Shown one piece after another: positions 1 to 14,328 of a DNA stretch of 64,000 nucleotides. This DNA comes from the human T2T-CHM13v2.0 reference genome, Homo sapiens. The stretch lies in assembly GCF_009914755.1 (NCBI RefSeq), contig NC_060925.1. One strand, given 5' to 3'. Every line of letters starts with the position of its first letter. The first letter of the stretch is position 1. A program made the translations under genes and the position numbers. A model generated the notes under the pieces. The model did no database searches, was not told where the DNA came from, and worked only from the letters and a program-made list of their open reading frames with translations.

Positions 1-325
1 GTGCTTTTTTAAGCAATTTAATGTTATCTTTCCATGTTCTTATAGATTTCATTAATTTGTTGAAAAATTTGCTGCCTTGTTAATGTTCTTTTGAAGATAT
101 TGTGTGTGTGTTTGTGTGTGTGTGTGGTTGTTTTTAAGATTTTCTCACTGTATTTGTTTTTCAGAAGTTTGCCTATGATGTACTTAGCATAGATATCTGT
201 GTATTATCCTTCTGGTTCATACATTTTTTGTTGTTGTTCTTGAAACCTTGAGTTCATGTCTTCCAACAATTTTGAAAAAGTCTTAGCTATTATGAGTCAA
301 ACAATTTTAATAAGTTGTAACAGTT
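1..325 (-). mobile_element. Old L1 (L1M-type) ORF1-region fragment
   Basis: Antisense L1M-like text: gtttgcctatgatgtacttag...agttcatgtcttccaacaattttgaaaaagtcttagctatta. Heavily diverged. Confidence 0.55.
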
Positions 326-330
326 TTTTA

Positions 331-420
331 CTTTTTTTTTTGAGATGGGGGTCTCACTCTGTTGTCCACACACAATTTCAGCTCACTGCAACCTCTGTCT
401 TCCTGGCTCAAGTGATCCTC
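331..420 (-). mobile_element. Alu fragment (AluJ-like right arm, internally deleted)
   Basis: polyT-gagatgggggtctcactctgttgtcc...gctcactgcaacctctg...gctcaagtgatcctc. Confidence 0.8.
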
Positions 421-656
421 GAGTCATGAAAATGGTTGTGTGCCAGGCTTAATTCTTCACCAGTATTTTCTTTCTTGGATCGTGAATCTTTACACATCCA
501 TTTTGTCTCCTCAGCTCTGGAAAAATTTCAACAACAATTCTGTTTTTTTCTGGCCCATAGATATGTCTCTCTGTTCAAATCAGTATTCTCAGGCTCCTGC
601 CCTCAACCTCAAATCAGCAGATGCCTAGAATAAAAAAGGCTGCAGAATGCTAACTC

Positions 657-691
657 ACAACACACACACACACATACACACACACACACAG
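657..691. repeat. (CA)n microsatellite, interrupted
   Basis: Seen directly. Confidence 0.9.
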
Positions 692-1661
692 AGTATTTGC
701 CTCAGTGGCTTTTTGATGCCTTTAAATAATTTTTTTGGTGAATTTCATTATGAGCATGAGTCTACCTCAAAGCACTTTGTCACTGTTGGACACTGAACTC
801 AAAGAAGGTGAAATTTTAATATGCGAATTATAACTATTTATTGTTATATTTTTATACTTTAACTTTGCAGTAAAAGAACTTTATATTGTCATCACTATTA
901 GGTTTGTTAGTCTACTTGAGGTTGATGGGACAATATGATAGGGAAAGGTGAGAACAATTCCACTTGATTTGTCGTGGTTCCAGAATATAAGAGACTGTGG
1001 TCCTGTAATGTATGATTAACCTTGCTCCTGGCAGTAGAGGGCTAACTCACTTGGAGACACTGGAGAAGACCAAAGAGGAAGAAAAAGTAAAGAGCAACCT
1101 TCAGACTGCCCTTAGTAAACATCATCTTTGAGGGGTAAACAGGGTAAAATGAAGGAAACTGGCAAAACCTGGGCTACACTTTTAATAATGCACTGAAATA
1201 AGGGGAAATTGATAGGAAGAAAGCATAAATGATACAGTTTGAAAGACAAATATGTAAACAAAGAGGAAATAACAGGAATAAAATTGTAAAGGGAAAAAAC
1301 TATTTTAGGGTATTATACTCAAGTAATGATTTCCAGGTTATTGTTCATAAGCCAGCCATCTTGCCAAGTTCATCACAATCTCAACTCCATCTTGGTCAGC
1401 CATCCTTTATCTTTCATCACATTGCCATTACAGTGTCTGTATCTGATTGTCTGATAAATACCATGGCCAGGGTTCTTCTCACTGGTCTCTATTCTGTTCA
1501 ACCTTCTTTGACTGCAACTGTACTTTGGCAATCATGGGTCCCCGTTAGTACCCAATTAATCATACTTGCCAGACAACATCTTATTTAACTACTCTCACTG
1601 GATGTTTTATTATTTTTGTTTCAATTTTGAAGGCATATTTTATTTCTGTTCTCTCTCTCTC

Positions 1662-1800
1662 TTTTTTTTTTTTTTTTTGTTTTAAGAGACAGCTCTCATT
1701 CTATTGCCTAGGCTGGTCTCAAACTCCTGTCCTCAAATGATCCTCCTGCCTCAGCCTCGCAAAGTGGTAGGATTACAGGTGTGAGCCTTCACACCCAGCC
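1662..1800 (-). mobile_element. FLAM-type Alu monomer
   Basis: polyT-gagacagctctcattctattgcctaggctggtctcaaactcctg...gtgagccttcacacccagcc; left arm only. Confidence 0.85.
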
Positions 1801-2199
1801 CTACTTCTGCTCTCTATTTCAACCATAGTAAAAACTCTACTATTGAAAGTAACATTAGTGATACGGAGCATGCCAAATATCTGCTATCATAGCTAAATAT
1901 ATTCAAAGATTGAAGGCTTACCAGTTCATTATTGGTTTCTGGATTTAATACCTTGCTGTTGAGAAAGTTTGGGGATATAAACCATAGTCACAATAGTCAC
2001 AATGTTATCGCTTTGTAAAAAAAATTAAGAATGCTTTGGGTGAAGACAAAATTAAATTAGATAAAATTATTGCATTCATTAAAAATTAAAACATGTGACA
2101 TCTTTGTAACATTTAGAAAGTTAAGACACTCATGAGTAGCATTTAAAACATACATTCCAAAGATTATCTATTGTATTCCAAAGATTATCTATTCTATTA

Positions 2200-2305
2200 A
2201 GGCAGAGACCAAGTCAATCTTGTTCACCATTGTATATCCAGATCCTGGCAGAGTGATATATTATAAATCCTTAATAAATATTTGTTAAATCAATCAATAA
2301 ATGAA
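2200..2305 (+). mobile_element. L2 3' end
   Basis: ggcagagacc...cttgttcaccattgtatatccag...aataaatatttgttaaatcaatcaataaatgaa. Confidence 0.65.
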
Positions 2306-2720
2306 AGGGAAATGGTGGTGTCAGCAGGGTCAATTAATCAGTGTGCTAGTCTCCAAAATATCTCAAAGTCCTTAAAATGGGGATATGATCTGTGATTACC
2401 CAATAAAGGGAAACAGTGCTCAATGTTTGCCAAACTTAAGTTTCAGAATAGCACCTTGTGGTAAGCACTTTGACAGACTTAAAAAAAATAAAAAACCCAG
2501 GGCTATTCCTTGAGACAAAGCTAAACTGACATCAGAAAAATATAGTTGGTGTCAATAAATTATAAAATAATAAAACTAACAGATCATGAATGAGCTAGGA
2601 TGAGAGTATGTTAAATTGGGAATTAATGGAATCCAGCACACAACACCTAACGGCTTGGCGGGATGTTGAGGACATTGTGGGATTTGAACCCAACAAAAGC
2701 CACTTAGAAACTGTATCCAT

Positions 2721-3034
<314 letters not shown>

Positions 3035-3134
3035 TCAGCCTATTATCATACTAATGGGTATCTTTGTAAACAAGTTAACCAGGCATTGAAGTGTAGACAA
3101 GAGAGTCCATATATATTATCCTTTGTTCACACTT

Positions 3135-3300
3135 TATCAATTCAACATTCAACAGAAATATGTTTAATTCCTTTTTCATGTCTGACACTGAAGATACACA
3201 GTAAATTTTACTTGTATACACAGGAACAACTTGGTTCCTGCTTTTATGGAGCTTATGATTTAATATAAGAGACAGCTAGGAAAACAAATTACTCTAATAA
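3135..3300 (-). mobile_element. L2 fragment
   Basis: cattcaacagaaatatgttta...gaagatacacagtaaa...ggttcctgcttttatggagcttatg. Confidence 0.55.
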
Positions 3301-4366
3301 AGCATTATAGGATCTAGGATGGTTTGTTCATGAATATCAGTTCCCTCAAAATTGGAAACATTATTTCTCTTAAGGGAGAATATTTTTTCCCTTAAATATT
3401 GAAAGTAAAGTATACCAAAAATTCAGAAATCCTCAAACAATTTTAGTCCCAAATAATCTGTTTTAGGACACTAATGGGCATGTTACATTTAACTTGTGAC
3501 AATATGTGAAGCAATCAAATCAATGCTTATAGTAATTACACAGAGCAGAAGCCCATATGCATTTATTTCCATTAATGATATTTTTTTTTTACTAACGAAT
3601 AAATATTTGTCAAGCTTCTACTATGCTCTAAACACAGTTCTATGGAGCTCAGTCTTTATGGAGAACATAGACATGTGGACGAATTACAGAGAAATTTAGA
3701 GGTTACTGTTAGAAAACATTTTTGTACTTTTTTGAATTTTTACAATTAAATATTAGTATTAGTTTTATATTAATATAAGAATACAACTGTTGGTATTTAA
3801 CGTGAAAAATAATCTCTCAACATTTTCTTTCTTAACACTAAAAACACAGCTTTGAAAATTGTATTTATTTCTCAAAAATCATATGCTGGGTAGCACCATT
3901 TATTTCTTCTATTATCAGACAAATGAGTGACCTAGATATATTCTTTCCAGGTTGTTAATAAAATATGTTTATAAACTATCTGGAAGTTTCACTTCTTTCC
4001 ACTCAAATGCAAACATCTATATAAAATCAACATCTATCACCATTTTAAATAAGTCAAAGAATGAGTCATGTAATTTGTCACCTGCAGAAATACCTTGATA
4101 ACTGCAAAATGAGCATTAAATCAATGAATCAAATATGCAAGAAAATCTCAATCCAGGACACACTGATACTGCCCATGCACGTATTATTGCATTCACTAGA
4201 CATTACAGCTTACTGAACTATTCCTTTCTCATAAAAGATGGCATATATTTTGTTGCCTATGCTGTTTAGACTTTGTATTACATTAGCTATATAACAATTC
4301 TAGGTAGTGAATATTTTCATAATCCTTTGGCCCAATCGAAATATTCTGCAGGCTTTTGCTGGGAGG

Positions 4367-4367
<1 letters not shown>

Positions 4368-4403
<36 letters not shown>
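4368..4403. repeat. (CA)n microsatellite
   Basis: Seen directly. Confidence 0.95.
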
Positions 4404-4405
<2 letters not shown>

Positions 4406-4534
4406 TGTATACAGTACTTAGCACTGTATTCTAAAATGTGTGATGTTCCGGTTAGCTTTTTCAATGAGTTAAGAGGACAAATGTGTAGACGAGATTGCCT
4501 TCAATGAACAATGTTCTTTCTATCACATTCTTTG

Positions 4535-4790
4535 ATGTCACTCAGATGTAACCTTATCAGAAAGGGCTTCTCTGAACATGTTATGTAAAATAGAGTTTCT
4601 GTATCACTTTTTATCTAACTTTTACTTTTTTTCTTTCATAGCATGAATCACTATCTGGCATAGGATATATTTGTTTAATGTATGTTTTCATCCAACAGAA
4701 TGTAGGCACCTTGAAACCTGCCTGTTTTGTATTCTTAGCAACCTTACCTAACACTTGTAACATTCCAACACTGAATAAAGAAAAACTGAA
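4535..4790 (+). mobile_element. L2 fragment
   Basis: ctcagatgtaaccttatcagaaagggcttctctga...ttctttcatagca...gaatgtaggcacc. Confidence 0.55.
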
Positions 4791-4892
4791 TATATACCAG
4801 ATGTTGTATACATTGCATAAATATATATGTGATACATACGTATGTGATCTATATATGTGATCTATATATGCAATATATAAAATGCATGTTTA

Positions 4893-4895
<3 letters not shown>

Positions 4896-4952
<57 letters not shown>

Positions 4953-4955
4953 TAT
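4896..4955. repeat. (TA)n(CA)n compound microsatellite
   Basis: Seen directly. Confidence 0.95.
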
Positions 4956-5204
4956 GAATTCTTAGAAGCAATATTTAAAGCAGGTGTTAGCATGCCCGGT
5001 TAATAATTAGGGAAATAGCATTCAGTTAAGTAAACCTTCAGGTATAGAGTTAAGTGCCTTTGAACTCAGGTCTGGTCTGACACTAGACCTACTACTCACT
5101 TTGCATGAATACCCAGGAGTCCTTGCATAAAAACATCCATGGCATTCTGAGTCACTCTATGGGAGCAGTACAAGAATAATTTCCCATTCACCACTAGATC
5201 AGCA

Positions 5205-5398
5205 AGAAGAGAGAGAAAGGTATATATAGATGTAGATATATAGCTATAGATATATACAAATATAGATATAGATATATGTGTATATCTATATATCTATATG
5301 TATCTCCCTCTCTCACTCTCTCTCTCTCTTTATATAGAGAGTGAGAGAGAGAGAGAAAGAGAGACAGAGAGAGAGAGAGACAGAGAGATAAAGAGAGC
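5205..5398. repeat. Low-complexity (TATAGA)n / (TC)n / (GA)n tract
   Basis: Seen directly. Confidence 0.9.
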
Positions 5399-5577
5399 AT
5401 GCATGAGGAAAAATCTGTTCTTGGCATCTGGGATTATGAGTTTGAACTTGGATTGTAGTTTTCAAAGAGATAGTTAGAAACTGACGTGTACTACTAAGAG
5501 GAAACCAAACATGAATAGGGTATACAGAAAAAGAAACCAAGTTCTTGTTCAAAGGGACATAATTTCAGTCTCTCTAG

Positions 5578-5782
5578 TTTTTTGGTTTTTGTTGTTGTTG
5601 TTTGTTTTTTGTTTTTTGTTTTTTGTTTTCCTTAAGAGACAGGGTCTTGCTCTGTCACCCAGGCTGGAATGCAGTGTTGTGATCATAGCTCACTGCTGCC
5701 TCTGACCTCCTGGTCTAAAGTATCCTCCTTCCTTGGCCTCTCAAAGTGCTGGGATTATAGGTGAAAGCCACCTGCCTGGACC
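5578..5782 (-). mobile_element. AluJ-derived monomer (left-arm 5' part fused to right-arm 3' part) with (TTG/TTTG)n tail
   Basis: gagacagggtcttgctctgtcacccaggctgg...gatcatagctcactgc...ttggcctctcaaagtgctgggattatagg; degenerate TSD atttcagtctctcta / attttagtttctata. Confidence 0.85.
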
Positions 5783-6749
5783 GATTTTAGTTTCTATACA
5801 GATACTAAACAGGTGTTTGACTTCCAGCATGTTACCTACCAAATTTTATAGAATTCAGTTATTACATTTGCAATATAAAATAATATTTACAATGTAGGAT
5901 GACGATGAGAGTTAAAATAATCTTATTTTGTATGTAAGTATTTTGTAAGGTCTAAATTTTAATTAATCTTATTTGGGAAGAGGGTTCCAAGCCACTAAGG
6001 ACACTTTTTGTGTGTGTGTGAACATACTGTGAATTAGGGACCATCATTATTTTGGAAGTTATTATTAAGAAAAATGTTCTTCTATTATGCCTCAGAGGTT
6101 TTGTGGTTTAATTATGAAAATATGGGGAGTCAATGTCTTCTAAATTTTAACTCTCAACTAAAAACTATTATCATCTGGTAAAAAAATGATCTTGTGGCCT
6201 CATTTCATATTGCTAAACCTCAAGCATCAGTGCGCTACAAACAATAGAAATCCATACAAATATGGTAGCAGTACAATGAAATGATTGCTGTAAGACAAGG
6301 AAACAGCAACAATAACAATGAACTATAAGTGATCTCCCATGCAGTAGGATTCCTTCAACCATTGTTGGGTGTCAGAAATTTCTTCAACCGTTGTTGGGTG
6401 TCTTGCTTGGTAAAAATTTTCTAAGCAGATATCTCCACCATACTGCTAACCATTATCTCTTCTCAATGTAACCCACAGGGTGTGTCACAGGACTTTGCTT
6501 ACTACTCTTTTCTTGTCAGATATAGCTGTCTGATAAAACAGATAAAAATGTCAAATAATTTACTCTCTAAGCCCCCTTTATAGATCATGGATGCAAGAAA
6601 GAGAGAAGAGATATTTCAAAAAAATTCTGAGTGAAGGAGGACATTTTAAGCAAACAGCTATTAGAATGCAAATGATAAATGTCATGACTGGCAATCACCC
6701 AGCATATTAAGACTGAGGGTAGCTCATTTGGTAGATTTTCACTGGAAGG

Positions 6750-6985
6750 AGTGTAAGTTGCAGTTTAAAGCTTGGGCTTTCCAATTAGACAGATCACCCT
6801 TCCCATTATGAAGTGTATGACCAACTATGTGTGAGTTACTTGAACTTCATTTATTTCATCTGTGAAATGGAGATAATGATATCTACTCTCTTGGTTTATT
6901 GTAAAGATTAAATAAGATAATATATGTAGACTGTTTAGCTCCAAGCTGGTGCATTGTTGGCCTTCTATAATGATGGTCATTATTC
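6750..6985 (+). mobile_element. MIR
   Basis: MIR core: gagttacttgaacttc...tttcatctgtgaaatggagataatgata...gtaaagattaaataagataatatatg. Confidence 0.8.
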
Positions 6986-8477
6986 TGCCACACATGTTCA
7001 CAGGGCAGCCCTCTGTTTCCATTTCCATCCTCCATGATTCATTGATGGTGACAGGAGCCATTTGTTCCCACAATCTGGTCTCCGGATAGGATAAAATCGT
7101 AATTTACTACCACCCAGACAGCATTATCTTTACTGCATGCTTCTTAATGATTAACAATCAATTACAATATCATCCTTTAAATCCAATTCATAGCACTGTC
7201 AAATGATTATGTACTATAATTAAATTAATGATATTGAACTTTAATTTGAGTTGCATGGCTGCTTTTATTTGATTTCTGCTACACTCACTGAGTGAACATT
7301 GGGTTCTTGTGTAAAGTTATCATATTTATTTTACAGCCACAAAAGAGCAAACCCTTAATATAATTTAAAAAGATAACCACAAATAGGAATATTTCCACAT
7401 GAGCCCATTTGGAGGTTCACATTTGCTATTCATTAATTTAGGCTTTGACAATTTAACATAAATTAAAATAAAAGCCTGTTTCACGGAGCATGTGTTTCAT
7501 TCTTCACTGTCTCAGCATGACCACGCTGATTCTGGGGTTTAGTAATGTCCTTAAACATAATTTACAAGTGAGAAAGTTAGTGAGGCTGGAGGAATGCATG
7601 TATAACTTGCAGTCTAGCTTCGTATGACATTAAAATCTTGTTAATCTGAGACTCGAGTTGTGAAGAAAGAATCAAGATTATTAAGCATAAATCAACGTTT
7701 GCCTTATAAAATGCAATGGAATATGCTAATAAGATTTACTGTTAACAGGAAGTTGGATTATAACTTATCTATTTTAAGTCAGTTTGAACATTTGCCTCAA
7801 AATTTGTGTCCTGAGATGGACTGAGCCTCAGATTCCATTACTTTATTTTTTATTTTTACAGAGCACATGCAGATACATGATGACAGATCTGTAGGGCATG
7901 GTAAAAAAAAGAAGTAGTATGCACACACCTCCAAAACAATGTATGTAAACAAATTACAAAATATGCATAATTGTACTTATACTACAAGGAAAGATAGGAA
8001 GCTCATTGTTTGTGTCTAGTTCAAGGTAATCAAAAGGGGGTAAAGGCAATTTTGAACCAGATAATTTTCATATATGTATTTGGAACATTGAGCAAGTATG
8101 AACATATGTAAACTGAATATATTAATAGCTTTTCTCTTTACTACTTTACAATGAAGCTTAGCATCTGTTTTGTCAGTTAATTATATGTCATGGTAAAAAT
8201 GTGATTTATTCTATAACAAAACAAGTATAATACAGTAAGTAATGAACTTTTTGTTCAGAATTTATCTTAAATGCTCACATGTGGACACTCCCCGAGTGAT
8301 TGGCCATCAACACATTTAATAATATTCCCTTACTTACTGCTTGGCAGGTCCACCCAGAGCAAGTCTAGTTTAAATGGCTACACCAAAGTATTCAGTTGTA
8401 CATGCATATAACACCTATGAGTGGACATTTCCTTCCACTATAAACAGGCTATCAGGAATGTGCCACTTTTGTCTTAT

Positions 8478-8870
8478 TTGTTCAACATTTTGTTCAACAG
8501 TTACTTGTTGGTTACTAGGCACAGTATTGAGAGCAGAGTTGGAATTAGCCCATTACTGGAAAGCAGAAAAAAGTCTTCAACATGATGTATTCAGAGTTTT
8601 TAAAATGGCAAATTCGGGGAACTGAAAGTACCTTTGTGAGGATGGGATACCATATTGAGAAAAGCAAGGAAAGGGGAGTTTCAAAGGCAGCCGAGCAAAC
8701 AGAGGCGGCATCAAGAAGAGGCTAAATGTGCCAGTCAAAGGACTAACACTCTATCCTGAAGAATGGAAAACCACTGAAGATGTTTAAGCAGGACAGTGAC
8801 GGTATCAAGTTTGTGTTTTGTAAAGATTGCTCTGGAAGTGACGTGGAGGAATTGAAAATGAAACAGATCT
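8478..8870 (-). mobile_element. L2 fragment
   Basis: ttcaacagttacttg...ccactgaagatgtttaagcaggacagtgac...tgtgttttgtaaagattgctctgg. Confidence 0.6.
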
Positions 8871-9024
8871 GGCTTGGAGTTGCAGCTTTAATTTTGCCCA
8901 TAATTTTGTTTCTTGTCTCTCTATTGCTCTATTTATCTTTCCTTCTACTAACATCACATTGTATAATTACAATGATGTTATCCTGTCTATCCATGCTTCT
9001 TTAGGAATGGATGGAGTCTTCTCG

Positions 9025-10460
9025 AATTCTTGCTTTTTCATGTTAATTTTAGAATCAGTTTTTAAAGTTCAACAAAATACCTGTTCAAATTTTGAATGAA
9101 ATTGTATTTAATTCACAGATCAATTTGAGGACAATCAACATTTTTACTACATTTATAGTGACTTTTCATATCAAAAATATAGTATACTTTTCATTTAACA
9201 TCTCTTAAATTCATTTTAATAATCTTTTTTATAAAAGATTTGCACATTTTCTCTGATATAATTTTACATATATTTGCCATTGTAAATTAAATGTAAAAAT
9301 TATAATTTCTGATTGTTACTGGTTTATTCAGCGTCACTGCTAAACTCTTATTAATTGAAATAATTTTTTTTGGTTTTACAGTACAGAACACAATATCATC
9401 CACAATGCAGAACATAAATCAGCCACACATAGAGGCAATTTGGCAGCTTTTTATTTTCCTTTTTCAGTTCTTATGCTTTTTATTTATTCTCCTTTTTACT
9501 ACAATGGTAAGAGCCTCTATTGAAAGGTTCAGTATGAGATGCTGATGTTCAAGTCTTTTCCCTGATCTGAAAGAGAAAGCAAATAATTTTTCAATATTAA
9601 GGTGTTTAATGTAGATATTTTTATATGCCACTCATCAGGTTAAGTCCTCTTCTCTTCATAGTTTACTAAGAGTTTTTATGATAATATGTTGTTTTATTAA
9701 TTTTTTTCTTGAATTTATGAAATGACCTATGGTTTTTCTCCTTTAATCTGTAATGTAACTCAGCATTGTACTCCTAAGTTAAAATCAACATGATATTTTT
9801 ATACATTGCTGGAATCAGTATGCTAATATCTTGTTTAGAATCTTTGAATCAATTTTTTAATGAATTTGGTCTATAATATTATTTCCTTCTAATCTCAAAT
9901 AATTTTAGTTATCAAATTATTAGAGCCTCATAAAATTATTTGAAAGTTTTCTTTTTATTTCTTTTTAAAAATTTTTCTTGAAGAGTTTGTGTAAATTTTA
10001 ACAATCCATTAACATTAGACAGAACTGTCATATAAGAACATCTGAGCTTTAAATCATATTTTTGGAAAGATATTTTAATCAATGACTCCATATCTTTAGT
10101 TACATAGGATCGTTCTGATTTTTTACTTCTTTTTGAGACTGTTAAAGAAATTATTTTTAGCAATTTTTCCATTCCATTTCAATTTCCCAATTTATTGATT
10201 GTTATTAAGGACAACCTCTTCATATCTGCTTTAATCTCTGCAGCACGTAGAATTCTGTCTCTATTTCATTTCTAATTTTCTACTTTCACAAGATGCCACA
10301 GATAAACATTAGACTAACATCCTCAGAAGTTTGTCCAATCTCATTTTTCTATTTTTAATATTAAAAGTAGCTTTTAGATTTCTCCTTTTCCACTGTATGT
10401 TCATTTCTGTTTTAATTTTTGACTTAAGCTAGTCAATGGGTTTACCATTTTTCCTAATGA
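9025..10460 (-). mobile_element. Old L1 (L1M) ORF2 remnant
   Basis: Antisense ORF2 hallmarks: aattttagaatcagttt...gaatgaaattgtatttaattcacagatcaatttg; ttttatacattgctggaatcagtatgctaatatcttgtttagaa. Confidence 0.75.
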
Positions 10461-10708
10461 TATAAGGCTGTTTTACTATATTTTAACACCATTGCTCTCC
10501 TTCCGTCTTCAGTGTTGTTGTCTTAACACTTCAGCTCTAGCCTGCTTCATCCCACAGATTAGACATTTTAAAATATATAGTTAATATTTATTAAAGTTTG
10601 CTCATTTATTTGCCAATATATTGTATTTGCCTAATATCTTTTCCTTATAACAGATTTCCATATGGCTTCCTTTTGCCAGAAGTTTATGTTTTAGGAGTGT
10701 CATAATAT

Positions 10709-11095
10709 ATGTCAGTATAGGGCAGCGAATGCTGCAGTAAGAAACATTCCCACAATTTCTAGGTTTCAATATAACAAAAGTTTACATTCCTGTAAATAAG
10801 GCTGTGGGTCCAGGTGACTCTCCTGTGCACAAGTTTTCCATGTGTTGGCACAGCACTTCAGACTAATTTAAAAGCACTTGCATATTAACATACACATCTA
10901 TGATTATCAAGTCTGTGAACAAGAAAGGTGGATTTTTAGATATCAGCATTTAAGTGTTTTCATTTAAAAGTGATGTGTGTCATTAACATTTATTTATCCA
11001 ATAACATAATCAACTTTAAGGGGGTAAAAAAATACAAGTTTCTATTCTTTCTGTAACAATAAGAAAATAAGATTTTGGTGTTCAATGCAAACATT
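10709..11095 (-). mobile_element. Old MLT1-type (ERVL-MaLR) LTR
   Basis: tgtcagtataggg...tgctgcagtaagaaacattccc...aacaaaagtttacatt...caactttaagggggt. Confidence 0.55.
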
Positions 11096-11099
11096 TATG

Positions 11100-12440
<1,341 letters not shown>

Positions 12441-12463
12441 AGTGACATGTGGATATGTGGCTA

Positions 12464-12883
12464 TGATATAGTTTCAATGTTTGTCCCCTCCAAATCTCAC
12501 ATTGATATTTAATCCCCAATGTTGGAGGCAAGGCCCCAGTGGGAGGTATTTTGGTCGTGGGGGCAGGGCTTTCATGAAGGGCTTGGTACCTTCCTCTTGG
12601 CAATGAGTGAGTTATTATTGCATTAGTTATCAGGATAACTGATTGTTCAAAAGAGCCTGGCACCTCCTTCCTCTCTCTTGCTTTCTTCCTCTTTCCATGT
12701 GATGATTGCTCCCCTTTGACTTCTGCCATGAGTGAAAGCAATCTGAGGCCCTTACCAGAGACAGGTATCAGGGCGAGGCTTCTTGTACAGCCTGCAGAAT
12801 CATGAGCCAAATAAACTTTTTTCTTTCTTTATAAATTACCCAATTTCAGGGATTCCTTTATAGAAACTCAAAATGGACTAAGA
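12464..12883 (+). mobile_element. MST-family (MSTB-like) solo LTR
   Basis: tgatatagtttcaatgtttgtcccctccaaatctca...gagccaaataaac...aaatggactaaga; 5-bp TSD ggcta/ggctg. Confidence 0.88.
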
Positions 12884-13792
12884 GGCTGCAGACTTATTTT
12901 GGGTAAGTTGAGGTTATAGGTTTTCCGAGGAGAATTTTTCCATAAAATCAGAGCTAAACGAGGCAGGAAATATTCCTTGCATCTACTTCTGAGACATGGG
13001 ATGTATCTCTTGTTCATTCTTATACTACAGGTATGACCCTTCGTGGGGGTCTTTGTTTAATGTGAAGGGATCTCCTCTAGTTTTAAAGATCCCTGGACTT
13101 TGTCTTCTCTTTGCATCTTTCATAGTCATCAAAATGGGCATTCAAAGACTCAAGAGTATACTAGATACTCTGAGAGAAAAATCATTTTTATAGTTTCTTA
13201 CCTATTAGTGGTTCTCATTTCAATTAATTTTACAGCTCAGAACTTACATTTTTCCTCAGTAAATTAAAATGATGCCTTTTGAAACATACTTTGGAAATTG
13301 TATCCAGCATCTTAGTTGTTTAAGTCCAAAGTGGTTTTCTGGGTATCTAACATATTATACCTCAAAAGGAAAAATCTCCCTCAGGTTTAATTTTTTTTTA
13401 ACTTCTCAAGATAAATACTTAGTTTGATAGCATTCTTTCATTTTTTCATAATAAAAGACCATTAAAATTATAAATTTGCCTCTGAGTACAGCTTTCCTTC
13501 ACTCTGGGTTGTTTTGATATTCAGTGAATTTGCTTTTCCTATTTTTAAACTACCCCCACCAAAAGTTACTTAGGATTTTTTTTTTTTTTTTTAATTTTCA
13601 GGGGTTTGGGATCTTATTTTTGTGTTTTGAGGATTTAAACTTTTATTATTAAATTTGAGTAAGAAATTATGACTCTTACAATTTCTGCTTTGGAAGATGT
13701 ATTGAGTTCTTTGTGGTTTGGTAGATAAACAATGTAAAAATTCTGTAGATGAACAATGTTTACTGTCTGAGGATACAAGATTTAAAATGCGG

Positions 13793-14083
13793 GGCTGAGT
13801 GCAGTGGCTCACGCCTGTAATCCCAGTACTTTGGGATGCCCAGGCGGGCAGATCACGAGGTCAGGAGATCGAGACAATCCTGGCTAACACGGTGAAACCC
13901 TGTCTCTACTAAAAATACAAAAAATTAGCCGGGCGTGGTGGTGGGCGCCTGTAGTCCCAGCTACTGGGGAGGCTGAGGTAGGAGAATGGCGTGAACCCGG
14001 GAGGGCGGAGCTTGCAGTGAGCCCAGATCGCGCCACTGCACTCCAGCCTGAGTGACACAGCAAGACTCCATCTCAAAAAAAAA
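13793..14083 (+). mobile_element. AluY
   Basis: gatcacgaggtcaggagatcgagac...ggagaatggcgtgaacccgggag; CpGs largely retained. Confidence 0.95.
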
Positions 14084-14271
14084 TTATAACGCATATTAAT
14101 TAAATATTACTAATATTATTAAAATTATTTTATCATTCTTTTCCTACGTAATCTTGCAAAGGATGAGGGTTTCTAATTAAAACTTTCTTTAAGCGTTTGT
14201 ACATTTGTATATATTTTTAACGTCTTTCTAAGAAGACTTTATATAAACACATACAACACATACTAACGTAT

Positions 14272-14328
14272 GTTTGTGTGTATGTATGTATCTATTTTTG
14301 TGTGCGTGTGTGTGTGTGCGTGCGTGCA
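14272..14328. repeat. (TG)/(TGCG)n degenerate microsatellite
   Basis: Seen directly. Confidence 0.8.

Noticed and set aside
6350-6402. CRISPR-like repeat
   Set aside because: Only two copies with a 5-bp spacer, in a eukaryotic context with no cas genes.
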